Both the position numbers and the translations under genes were made by a program. The notes under the pieces were generated by a model. That model had not been told where the DNA came from and made no database searches. It saw only the letters and a program-made list of their open reading frames with translations. Source: Acidobacteriota bacterium (GTDB lineage Bacteria; Actinomycetota; Acidimicrobiia; Acidimicrobiales; UBA8190). From it: a stretch of 45,013 bases of DNA. Within the stretch, counting starts at the first letter, position 1, and each line of letters begins with the position of its first letter. Of this stretch, positions 17,642 to 25,870 are shown one piece after another. Location of the stretch: assembly GCA_028872975.1 (NCBI GenBank), contig JAGWNV010000001.1, forward strand, positions 1 to 45,013, in the 5' to 3' direction.

Positions 17642-18904
17642 ATGGCCATCGAGATCCTGCACCTCTCCACCGTGGTGAAGAGCGCCGTCGTCGCCCGGGA
17701 CGGGGACCGCCTCGGCCGCGTGAGCGACCTCATCGTCCGCCTCGGCGACGCCCCGCACCCGCCCCTGAGCGGCGTCGTGGTCCGCATGGGCGGCCGGGAC
17801 CTCTTCGTCCCCATCGGCCGGGTGGTCTCCCTGGAACCGGGCCGCATGGAGCTGGCCGGCGACCAGGTGAGCCTCCAGCGCTTCGAGCGCCGGCCCGGCG
17901 AGCTGCTCCTCGCCGGGGACCTCCTCGCCCGCCACGTCATCAACCTCTCCGGCGCCCGGCTCATCCGGGCCAACGAGATCGAGCTGGCCAAGGCCGACGG
18001 GCGCTGGGAGGTGGTGGGCGTCGACACGAGCCCCCGGGTGGCCTTCCGCCGCCTCCTGCCCCGGGCCTGGCGGGCCCGGGTCTCCCCCGGCACGCTCGTG
18101 GACTGGGCCACCATCGAGCCCTTCGTGGCCCACGTGCCCTCGGCCCGCCTGCGGATCCCCTACCGCAAGCTGGCCCGGCTGCACCCCGCCCAGATCGCCG
18201 ACCTGGTGGAGGCCGCCTCCCACGAGGAGGGCGAGGAGATCATCGAGGCCGTCGGCCAGGACCGCGAGCTCGAGGCCGACGTCTTCGAGGAGCTCGACGA
18301 CGAGCACCGGGTCGAGTTCGTCCGGAGCCGGTCGGACGCCGAGGCGGCCCGGCTGCTCGCCTCCATGGCCCCCGACGACGCCGCCGACCTGCTCACCGAG
18401 CTCGACCAGGAGCGGCGCTTGCCGGTGCTCAACCTGCTCCCCGCCCCCCAGCAACGCAAGATCCGGGCGCTTCTCAATTACAACCCCGAGACGGCCGGGG
18501 GCCTCATGAGCCCCGACTTCCTCTGCCTGCCCGACTCCATGTCCGTCGACCAGGTCCTCGACCAGGTCCGGGCCAGCAAGGCCCCGCCCGAGGCGCTGGC
18601 CGTGGTCTTCGCCACCGACGGCGAGAGCCGGGTGTCGGGGACGGCCTCGGTGGTGCGCATCCTCCAGGCGCCGAGCGGCTCGCGCCTGGCGGACGTGATC
18701 CGCCCCGACCCCGCCCACGTGCACGCCGACTGGGACCTCCACGCCGTGGTCCGCAAGATGTCGGACTTCAACCTCACGGTGGCCCCCGTGCTCGACGAGG
18801 ACCACCGGACGATGATGGGTGTGGTCACCGTCGACGACGTCCTCGAGCTCCTCGTGCCCTCCGGCTGGCGCCGGGACTTCGGGATGGCCCAGGCAGAGGA
18901 GTAG
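17642..18904 (+). CDS. Soluble PRC-barrel + MgtE N-domain + CBS-pair protein. This is the MgtE cytosolic sensor module without a membrane pore.
   Basis: MAIEILHLSTVVKSAVVARDGDRLGRVSDLIV (PRC-like), then ...LHPAQIADLVEAASHEEGEEII...MAPDDAADLLTELD...LLNYNPETAGGLMSPDF (MgtE_N), then a CBS pair, then TAG with no hydrophobic segments. An alternative GTG start is at 17597. Confidence 0.8.
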   Translation: MAIEILHLSTVVKSAVVARDGDRLGRVSDLIVRLGDAPHPPLSGVVVRMGGRDLFVPIGRVVSLEPGRMELAGDQVSLQRFERRPGELLLAGDLLARHVINLSGARLIRANEIELAKADGRWEVVGVDTSPRVAFRRLLPRAWRARVSPGTLVDWATIEPFVAHVPSARLRIPYRKLARLHPAQIADLVEAASHEEGEEIIEAVGQDRELEADVFEELDDEHRVEFVRSRSDAEAARLLASMAPDDAADLLTELDQERRLPVLNLLPAPQQRKIRALLNYNPETAGGLMSPDFLCLPDSMSVDQVLDQVRASKAPPEALAVVFATDGESRVSGTASVVRILQAPSGSRLADVIRPDPAHVHADWDLHAVVRKMSDFNLTVAPVLDEDHRTMMGVVTVDDVLELLVPSGWRRDFGMAQAEE

Positions 18905-18913
18905 CATGCGGCC

Positions 18914-18937
18914 GGCGCCAGGGCATCGCCCGGCGCC
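18914..18937 (+). terminator. GC-rich hairpin 10 nt after the stop codon (possible attenuator or terminator, no U-tract)
   Basis: GGCGCCAGGG-CAUCG-CCCGGCGCC, 9 bp with one bulge. Confidence 0.25.
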
Positions 18938-19111
18938 GCCACGCAGGACGACGGAGGAGCACCGCTGCACGCTGACGGGTCACCTCGACCATCCAAGCGC
19001 GCATGCCCGTCTCCGGAAGGGGCCGCCGGCACCACCGGCGGGTGATCCGGGTAGGGCGTGGGCGCCGACACACGCACGCCCACGACGCCGGCACCGTCGG
19101 GAGGTCCAGCC

Positions 19112-20749
19112 ATGGCCGAAGAGGCCGTCGACACCGAGCACGCGAGCGCCGTCCTCGACGACGCGCACCTCGGGGACATCGTCGGCGCGCTCGGCCGGAT
19201 CAGCCAGCACGACACCGGCGGCCGCCGGGGCTGGGGCGCCCGGCTGCTCACCCTGGCCGCCATCGTCGGCCCCGGCCTCATCGTCATGGTGGGCGACAAC
19301 GACGCCGGCGGCGTCGCCACCTACTCCCAGGCGGGCCAGAACTTCGGCACGAGCCTGCTGTGGACGCTCCTGCTCCTCATCCCCGTGCTCGTCGTCAACC
19401 AGGAGATGGTGGTCCGCCTGGGGGCCGTGACCGGCGTGGGACACGCCCGGCTCATCAAGGAGCGCTTCGGGCGGTTCTGGGGTTGGTTCTCGGTGAGCAA
19501 CCTCTTCGTCCTCGACTTCCTCACCATCGTCACCGAGTTCATCGGCGTCGACCTCGCCCTGTCCTACTTCGGAGTGTCGAAGTACGTCTCGGTGTCGGTG
19601 GCCGCCGCCGGGCTCGTCGCCATCACCGCCACGGGGAGCTTCCGGCGCTGGGAGCGCTTCATGCTCCTGTTCGTGGCCGCCAACTTCCTCGTCATCCCCC
19701 TGGCCGTCTTCAGCCACCCCCACGCCGGGCAGGTGGCCCGCGACTTCGTCGTCCCGGGGATCGCCGGGGGGGTGAGCTCCACCTCGGTACTCCTCGTCAT
19801 CGCCATCGTCGGCACGACCGTCGCCCCCTGGCAGCTGTTCTTCCAGCAGTCGAACATCATCGACAAGCGGATCACCCCCCGGTGGATCAACTACGAGCGC
19901 GCCGACACCGTGCTCGGCTCGGTCGTGACCGTCATCGGTGCCGCCGCCATGGTGGTCACCTGCGCCTTCGCCTTCTCCCACAGCCACTACTTCGGGGCCT
20001 TCACCGACGCCGGCGGCGTGGCCCGGGGCCTCGAGCACCGCTTGGGCTCGCCGTCAGGGGCCCTCTACTCGGTGATCCTCCTGAACGCCTCCATCATCGG
20101 CGCCGCCGCCGTCACCCTCGGGACCTCCTACGCCTTCGGCGACATGTTCGGCGCCCGCCACTCGCTGCACCGGAGCTTCCTCGAGGCGCCGGGGTTCTAC
20201 GCCAGCTTCGCCGGCCTGGTGGCGGTGGCGGCCGGCATCGTCCTCATCCCCCACGCCCCCCTCGGGCTCATCACCACCGCCGTCCAGGCCCTGGCCGGGG
20301 TCCTCCTGCCCTCGGCCTCGGTGTTCCTGCTCCTGCTCTGCAACGACAAGGAGGTGCTCGGGCCCTGGGTGAACCGGCCCTGGCTCAACGCCGTGGCCGC
20401 CCTCGTGATCGGGACCCTCATCGTCCTCTCCCTCATCCTCATGGTGACGACGGTCTTCCCCCACACAGACGTGGTGGTCCTGCTCGTCGGGCTCTTCGCC
20501 GGGCTGGGGGCGGCGCTCGTCGTGGGCGGGTTCGGCTACGCCCGCACCGTCCGCCGGGCGGCCCGGGAGCACACCGTCGACCGCCGGCGCCGGGAGACCT
20601 GGCGCATGCCCCCCCTCGCCCTCCTCGGCCGCCCCGAGTGGACCCGGGGCCGGACCCTCGCCATGCGGGCCATGAGCGGCTACCTGGTGCTGGCCGTGCT
20701 CCTGCTCTTCGTCAAGGCCGGCCAGCTCGGGGCGGGCGGGGCCCACTGA
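19112..20749 (+). CDS. Nramp/SLC11-fold transporter of the non-canonical (NRMT-like, putative Mg2+) type
   Basis: GPGLIVMVGDNDAGGVATYSQAG replaces the canonical ...DPGN... motif, and IVGTTVAPWQLFFQQS replaces ...A..MPH.... There are 11-12 hydrophobic helices. The start is taken at ATG 19112, which is preceded by GGGAGG at 19099-19104. Confidence 0.8.
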   Translation: MAEEAVDTEHASAVLDDAHLGDIVGALGRISQHDTGGRRGWGARLLTLAAIVGPGLIVMVGDNDAGGVATYSQAGQNFGTSLLWTLLLLIPVLVVNQEMVVRLGAVTGVGHARLIKERFGRFWGWFSVSNLFVLDFLTIVTEFIGVDLALSYFGVSKYVSVSVAAAGLVAITATGSFRRWERFMLLFVAANFLVIPLAVFSHPHAGQVARDFVVPGIAGGVSSTSVLLVIAIVGTTVAPWQLFFQQSNIIDKRITPRWINYERADTVLGSVVTVIGAAAMVVTCAFAFSHSHYFGAFTDAGGVARGLEHRLGSPSGALYSVILLNASIIGAAAVTLGTSYAFGDMFGARHSLHRSFLEAPGFYASFAGLVAVAAGIVLIPHAPLGLITTAVQALAGVLLPSASVFLLLLCNDKEVLGPWVNRPWLNAVAALVIGTLIVLSLILMVTTVFPHTDVVVLLVGLFAGLGAALVVGGFGYARTVRRAAREHTVDRRRRETWRMPPLALLGRPEWTRGRTLAMRAMSGYLVLAVLLLFVKAGQLGAGGAH

Positions 20750-21482
20750 GGAGCTCCTCGAGCGACACTGCCGCCAGCTCGAGGTCGTCGAGGACGGGCC
20801 CGAGCAACTCGAGCGCCCCCTGGGTACGGCGGGCCGTGCCGGCCGGGGCGTCGACCTCGGTGTCGTGGAGCACCACGATCGCCCCGGGCTCGAGCCGGGG
20901 CGCCAGATGCGCCATGACGGACTCGGCGTCGGGCTCGGCCCACTCGTGGCCGAAGGCCGACCACAGGACCACCTCCATCCCCTGCCGCCTGGCCTCGAGC
21001 ACGGTCCGGGCGGTGAGCTGCCCGTAGGGCGGCCGGAACCACCGGGTCCGCACCCCGCAGGCGTCGAGGGCCTCGACCGCCCGGGCCAGGTCGTCCCTGA
21101 TCCACCGGGGGCTCCGCAGCAGGTGGTGCTCGTGGGAGAAGCCGTGGCTGCCCACGCCGTGTCCCCGGCGGACGATCTCGGCCACGAGCTCGGGATGGGC
21201 CCGGGCCTGGGTCCCGAGCACGAAGAAGGTGGCCCGCATGCCGAGCTCGTCGAGCAGGTCCAAGGTCCGCGGCGTGGTGTCGGGCGAAGGGCCGTCGTCG
21301 AAGGTGAGGGCCACGGCCCGGGCCCGGGCGGGGCCCCGCCACCGGCACAGCCCGGCCGGCAGCGCCCGCACCCACGAGGGGGACCACTGGCCCAGCACGC
21401 ACACGCTCGGCAGGTAGTGCGCCAAGGTGACGCCCGCCCCCACCACCGCCGGGCGCGCCCAGCGGGGGCGCCGCCGTGGCAT
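20712..21482 (-). CDS. Polysaccharide deacetylase (NodB / CE4 domain) with an N-terminal membrane anchor
   Basis: Last 256 aa of ORF 20712..22667: MPRRRPRWARPAVVGAGVTLAHYL...ALTFDDGPSPDTT...ATFFVLG...GHGVGSHGFSHE... Confidence 0.85.
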   Translation of the reverse strand: MPRRRPRWARPAVVGAGVTLAHYLPSVCVLGQWSPSWVRALPAGLCRWRGPARARAVALTFDDGPSPDTTPRTLDLLDELGMRATFFVLGTQARAHPELVAEIVRRGHGVGSHGFSHEHHLLRSPRWIRDDLARAVEALDACGVRTRWFRPPYGQLTARTVLEARRQGMEVVLWSAFGHEWAEPDAESVMAHLAPRLEPGAIVVLHDTEVDAPAGTARRTQGALELLGPVLDDLELAAVSLEELLSGPRPPRAGRP

Positions 21483-22771
21483 CAGGCCGCCCCCATGGCG
21501 GTGCCCGGCTCGTGCTCCTCCACGGCGAGGGGCAGCGGCCGGCGGCGCCTGCCGCCGGTGCCGACGAGGCGTGTCACGACGGCCGCCGCCACCGTGGCGA
21601 ACGCCCCCACCCCGAGGGCGACGCGGGGGCTCGCCGCCTGGCTGATCCACCCCACGAGGGGGCTGCCGATGGGGGTGGTGCCGAGGAAGGCGATGGCGTA
21701 GAGGGCCATGACCCGCCCCCGCATGGCCGGCGCGGCCTGGAGCTGCAAGGTGGCGTTGGCGGTGGCGATGAAGGCGATGGACAGCGCCCCCATGGGCACG
21801 AGCACGACGCCGGCGACGACGAGGGTGGGGCTCAGCGCCACCGCCAGGATGAGCACGCCGAAGCCGATGCCGATGGCGGTGAGCCGCTGCACGCTGGGCC
21901 GGTTCCGCCCGGCGACGACGAGGCCCCCGATCACCGCCCCGCCCCCCATGAGGGAGGTGAGCGCCGAGTACACCCCCGCCCCGCCGTGGAAGGTGAGCTT
22001 GGCCAAGAGCGCCAGGACCACCTGGAAGTTGTAGGCGAGGGTGCCCACCACGGCCACGAGGAGCAGCGGGTCGCGCAGCGCCGGGGTCCCCCACACGTAG
22101 CGGAGCCCCTCGCGCAGCTGGCCCCGGGCCCGGGCCACCGGCGGCGACCGGTGCAGCTCGCCCCGGCGCATGAGCGAGAGCCCGACGATCACCGCCAGGT
22201 ACGAGGCGGCGTTGACCTCGAAGCAGACGGCCAGGCCCACGAAGGCGATGAGGGCCCCGCCGATGGCGGGCCCGATCACCCGCGAGGCGTTCATGACGAC
22301 GCTGTTCAGGCTCACGGCGTTGGGCAGGTCGTCGCGCCCCACCATCTCCATCACGAAGGTCTGGCGGGCCGGGTTGTCCACCATGTTCACGAACCCCAGC
22401 CCGGCGGCGAGGAGGAACACCTCCCAGAGCCGCACCGCCCCCACCGAGGTGAGCAGGCCCAGCACGAGGGCGAGCACCCCCGCCGTCGACTGGGTGGCGT
22501 AGAGCAGCCGCCGCTTGTCGACCCGGTCGGCGACGAGCCCCCCGTAGGTCCCGAAGAGCAGCATGGGGAGGAACTGAAGCGCCGTGACCACCCCGAGGTC
22601 GACGCCCTGGCGGCCCGGCGGGGCCAGGCGGAGCACCAGCCAGGCCTGGGCCACGCTCTGCATCCACGTCCCGCTCACCGAGACGATCTGCGACAGGAAG
22701 TACAGCCGGTAGTTGCGCACCCGCAGCGACCGGAAGGTCTGGTCGCCGAACCGGCGCAGGGCGGGGGTCAC
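21482..22771 (-). CDS. MFS transporter (EntS/MFS_3-like)
   Basis: FRSLRVRNYRLYFLSQIVSVSGTWMQSVAQAWLVL..., about 12 TM helices, and GGLVADRVDKRRLL. Confidence 0.85.
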   Translation of the reverse strand: MTPALRRFGDQTFRSLRVRNYRLYFLSQIVSVSGTWMQSVAQAWLVLRLAPPGRQGVDLGVVTALQFLPMLLFGTYGGLVADRVDKRRLLYATQSTAGVLALVLGLLTSVGAVRLWEVFLLAAGLGFVNMVDNPARQTFVMEMVGRDDLPNAVSLNSVVMNASRVIGPAIGGALIAFVGLAVCFEVNAASYLAVIVGLSLMRRGELHRSPPVARARGQLREGLRYVWGTPALRDPLLLVAVVGTLAYNFQVVLALLAKLTFHGGAGVYSALTSLMGGGAVIGGLVVAGRNRPSVQRLTAIGIGFGVLILAVALSPTLVVAGVVLVPMGALSIAFIATANATLQLQAAPAMRGRVMALYAIAFLGTTPIGSPLVGWISQAASPRVALGVGAFATVAAAVVTRLVGTGGRRRRPLPLAVEEHEPGTAMGAA

Positions 22772-23259
22772 CGTCCTTCCACCAACCGTTCGAGCAGGGG
22801 CACCAGGGAGGCGAGCTGCCTGCGCTCCTCGTCGGAGAGCCGCCGGAGGCGCTTGGCCAGGAAGGCGTTGCGCATGGACCGGATCCGCAGGAGGGTGCGC
22901 AGGCCCTCGGCGGTGACCGCCACCCGCACCACCCGGCCGTCGGCGGGATCGCCGATGCGCCCGATCATCCCGGCCGTCTCGAGCACGGCCACCATCCGCG
23001 TCATGCTCGGCGGCTGCACCTGCTCGGCGGCGGCCAGCTCCCCGAGGGTGGGCGTCCCCAGCCGCTCGGCGGTGGCCAGCGCCGAGATCTGCGAGGGGGT
23101 GAGCCCGCCCGCCACCTGGAGGCGCAGCGGCCGGGCCAGCCGGGTGACCGCCAGCCGCAGCCGGGCGGCCAGCGCCGCCTCGGCGTCGGGGTCGATGGGC
23201 CCGCCCTCAGCCTCGGCCGTCGTCGCCGCCCCTGCCGGTCGCTCCGATGCCACGGTCAT
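22768..23259 (-). CDS. MarR family transcriptional regulator
   Basis: The winged-HTH region reads LTPSQISALATAERLGTPTLGELAAAEQVQPPSMTRMVAVLETAGMIGRIGDPADGRVVRVAVTAEG. It has an ATGA overlap with the MFS gene. Confidence 0.88.
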   Translation of the reverse strand: MTVASERPAGAATTAEAEGGPIDPDAEAALAARLRLAVTRLARPLRLQVAGGLTPSQISALATAERLGTPTLGELAAAEQVQPPSMTRMVAVLETAGMIGRIGDPADGRVVRVAVTAEGLRTLLRIRSMRNAFLAKRLRRLSDEERRQLASLVPLLERLVEGR

Positions 23260-23267
23260 CGTTCACT

Positions 23268-23281
23268 ATTCTAATTAGAAT
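23268..23281. promoter_or_regulatory. Perfect 14-bp palindrome ATTCTAATTAGAAT, with outer CGTT/AACG arms at about 23260-23263 and 23287-23290. Probable MarR operator overlapping a TAGAAT -10 box.
   Basis: It is an AT-rich island in GC-rich DNA, 9 nt upstream of the marR ATG. On the minus strand TAGAAT (23273..23268) lies 8 nt before the ATG. Confidence 0.5.
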
Positions 23282-23331
23282 CCCTAACGATCGTGCCGCG
23301 CCGGGGCGGCGGGAGGGCGGCGGCCCGGGTC

Positions 23332-23667
23332 CTAGGGCAGGCGGGGGACGTAGGCGCCGCGGCCCAGGGCGAGGCTCTCGTCGAGGTCCATGCTCTCGTC
23401 CACGCCCCCGGTGACCTCGGTCACCCAGGGGAGCCGGCCCCGGAGGATGCGCTCGACGCCCCCCTGGAGGGTGGACGAGGAGATGGCGCAGGAGCTGCAG
23501 GCCCCCCGGAGCTGGACCTCGACGGCACCCGCCTCGACGTCGAAGGCGACCAGCTCGAGGTCGCCGCCGTCGGCCTGGACGGCGGGCCGCATGAGCTCGA
23601 GGAGCGACCGCAGGTCGGCCTCCCGCTGGGCCCGCTCCTCCTCGGTCAGGGTGTCCACGACCTCCAT
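23332..23667 (-). CDS. NifU C-terminal (Nfu-type) Fe-S cluster scaffold/carrier domain protein
   Basis: LMRPAVQADGGDLELVAFDVEAGAVEVQLRGACSSCAISSSTLQGGVERIL (CxxC). Confidence 0.8.
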   Translation of the reverse strand: MEVVDTLTEEERAQREADLRSLLELMRPAVQADGGDLELVAFDVEAGAVEVQLRGACSSCAISSSTLQGGVERILRGRLPWVTEVTGGVDESMDLDESLALGRGAYVPRLP

Positions 23668-23738
23668 TGTGCCGTGGCCTGGGCCACCGTCGTGCCGCCG
23701 GGAGGTGACCCGGCGCCGGGGCGCGCGATAGTGAACCG

Positions 23739-24908
23739 GTGGGGCAGGACGTGAGCGTGGTGGGCGTGGGCATGACGCCCATGTCCCGGCGGGACCTCGA
23801 CCCGTCCTCCATGGCCCGCCAGGTCGTGGCCGAGGCCCTGGCCGACGCCGGCCTCGGCCCCTCCGAGGTGGGCCTCGTCGTCCTGGCCAACGCCCTGGGC
23901 GGCCGGCTCTGCGACCAGGGCTGCATCCGGGGCCAGGCCTGGCTCCGGGGTGCCGGGCTCGGCACCGCCGCCGTCGTGAACGTGGACAACTCCTGTGCCG
24001 GAGGTTCCTCGGCGCTGCACCTCGGGACGATGGCCGCCCAGAGCGGCGGGTCCCCGGTGCTCGTCGTGGGCGTCGAGAAGATGTGGACGGGCGACCGCGC
24101 CGCCACCCTGGCCGGGATCGAGGACGGCCTCCCCGCCGACGACCGCCACGCCCTCCGGACCCGGCTCGACAACGACTCGGGCAGCATCCTCATGGCGCTC
24201 AACGCCTCCTGGGTGCGCCACCAGGTCGAGGCCCGAAGCACCACCGTCGAGGACGTCGCCGCCACCGCCGCCAAGGCCCGCCGCCAGGCGTCGCAGAACC
24301 CGCTGGCGCAGTTCCCCACGGCGGTGACGGCCGAGGAGGTCCTGGCCTCCCCCGCCGTGGTGGCCCCCCTCACCCGCCTCATGTGCTCCTCGTTCACCGA
24401 CGGGGCCGCCGCCGTGGTGCTGACCGGCGGCAGCGCGCACGGGTCGCCCCGGATCACGGCGAGCGTGCTCCGGTCGGGGACGGGCGACATGGACTACCAC
24501 GACCGGCTCACCGAGACGGCCGAGGTGGCCTGGAAGGAGGCCGCCGTCGGCCCCGGCGACGTCGACGTCGTCGAGCTCCACGACGCCACCAGCGCCGAGG
24601 AGCTGTGGGCCCTCGAGGCGCTCGGCTTCTTCGCCGCCGGCGAGGCCGGCCCCGCCACCCGCCAGGGCCGCACCTCGGCGTCCGGCGCCGGCCCCTACGT
24701 CAACCCGAGCGGGGGACTCGTGGGCCGAGGCCATCCCCTCGGCGCCACCGGGCTCTGCCAGGTGGTGGAGGTCGTGACCCAGCTCCGTGGCCGGGCCGGC
24801 GCCCGCCAGCGGCCCGACAGCGCCGTCGGGGTCGCGGTCAACACCGGCGGGATCCTGGCCGGGCGCGACGCCGCCCTCGTCGCCGTCCACGTGCTCGAGG
24901 CCCGCTGA
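23739..24908 (+). CDS. Thiolase-fold protein (SCP-x / lipid-transfer-type thiolase)
   Basis: VVNVDNSCAGGSSALHLG (active-site Cys), VELHDATSAEELWALEALGF and NPSGGLVGRGHPLGATGLCQVVEVVTQLRGRAG. Confidence 0.85.
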   Translation: MGQDVSVVGVGMTPMSRRDLDPSSMARQVVAEALADAGLGPSEVGLVVLANALGGRLCDQGCIRGQAWLRGAGLGTAAVVNVDNSCAGGSSALHLGTMAAQSGGSPVLVVGVEKMWTGDRAATLAGIEDGLPADDRHALRTRLDNDSGSILMALNASWVRHQVEARSTTVEDVAATAAKARRQASQNPLAQFPTAVTAEEVLASPAVVAPLTRLMCSSFTDGAAAVVLTGGSAHGSPRITASVLRSGTGDMDYHDRLTETAEVAWKEAAVGPGDVDVVELHDATSAEELWALEALGFFAAGEAGPATRQGRTSASGAGPYVNPSGGLVGRGHPLGATGLCQVVEVVTQLRGRAGARQRPDSAVGVAVNTGGILAGRDAALVAVHVLEAR

Positions 24909-24910
24909 AG

Positions 24911-25870
24911 GTGCCCGGGGCCCGCATCACCGGCTGGGGGATGGCGGTCCCCGAGAAGGTCGTGACCAACGACGACCTGTCGGCCCGCCTCGACACGAGC
25001 GACGAGTGGATCACCGAGCGGACCGGCATCAGGCAGCGCCACGTCGGCGGGACCACCTCCCAGCTCGGCATCGACGCCGGGCGCCGCGCCCTCGACCAGG
25101 CCGGAGTCGACGCCGCCGACGTCGACGTGCTCGTGCTCGCCACCACCACCCCCGATGCCACCGTCCCGGGCACCTCCGCCACCGTGCAGCAGGGCCTCGG
25201 CGTGGCCGGAGGCGCCTTCGACCTGAACGCCGCCTGCTCGGGGTTCGTCTACGCGCTCGTGGTGGCCCACGGGCTCGTGTCCCTGGGTGCCCGGCGCATC
25301 CTCGTCGTGGGCAGCGAGACGCTGTCGCGCATCACCGACTGGGACGACCGGTCGATGGCGGTGCTCGTCGGCGACGGGGCGGGCGCCGTCGTCCTCGAGG
25401 CCACCGACGGCCCGGGCCAGCTCCTCGGCTGGGACCTCGGCGCCGACGGGTCGCTCCGGCACCTGCTCAAGTGCGACCTGGGCGGCTATCTCTTCATGAA
25501 CGGCAAGGAGATCTTCCGACACGCCGTGCGGGCCGTGGTCGACTCCTCCACCGCCGCCCTGGCCCGGGCCGGAGTGACGGCGGCCGACGTGGAGCTGTTC
25601 GTGCCGCACCAGGCCAACGCCCGCATCATCACCGCCGCCTCCCAGCGCCTCGGGATCCCCGCCGAGCGCTGCGTGGTGACCATCGACCGCTACGGCAACA
25701 CCTCCTCGGCGTCGATCCCCCTCGCCCTGTGCGACGCCATCGACACCGGCCGGCTCCGGCCCGGGGCGCTCGTGCTCCTCTCGGGATTCGGAGGGGGCAT
25801 GACGTGGGCCAGCGCCGTGTTGCGGTGGGGAGGGTGGCGCGACCGGGAGGCGACGCGCCGGCGCTCGTGA
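24911..25870 (+). CDS. fabH: 3-oxoacyl-ACP synthase III (KAS III)
   Basis: The GTG start lies 2 nt after the thiolase stop. Motifs are VPGARITGWGMAVPEKVVTNDDL...TSDEWITERTGIRQRH, AACSGFVYAL, VPHQANARI and GNTSSASIPLAL. Confidence 0.88.
   Translation: MPGARITGWGMAVPEKVVTNDDLSARLDTSDEWITERTGIRQRHVGGTTSQLGIDAGRRALDQAGVDAADVDVLVLATTTPDATVPGTSATVQQGLGVAGGAFDLNAACSGFVYALVVAHGLVSLGARRILVVGSETLSRITDWDDRSMAVLVGDGAGAVVLEATDGPGQLLGWDLGADGSLRHLLKCDLGGYLFMNGKEIFRHAVRAVVDSSTAALARAGVTAADVELFVPHQANARIITAASQRLGIPAERCVVTIDRYGNTSSASIPLALCDAIDTGRLRPGALVLLSGFGGGMTWASAVLRWGGWRDREATRRRS

Noticed and set aside
16141-18114. The N-terminal 658 residues of ORF 15427..18114. The N-terminal parts of ORFs 988..2277, 20712..22667, 24083..25870, 24787..26754 and 30876..33380 are analogous.
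   Set aside because: Only the C-terminal segments carry recognisable domains, and each begins at an ATG or GTG that overlaps the stop of the upstream gene. The upstream extensions overlap other real genes out of frame.
18905-19111. A possible Mg2+ (M-box) or Mn2+ (yybP-ykoY) riboswitch in the 207-nt spacer between the MgtE-type sensor gene and the Nramp-fold gene
   Set aside because: I found no conserved core motifs of either class. I saw only one hairpin at 18914-18937 and a possible GCAUGCG/CGCAUGC long-range pairing. This is left as a region to scan with Rfam and is not called.
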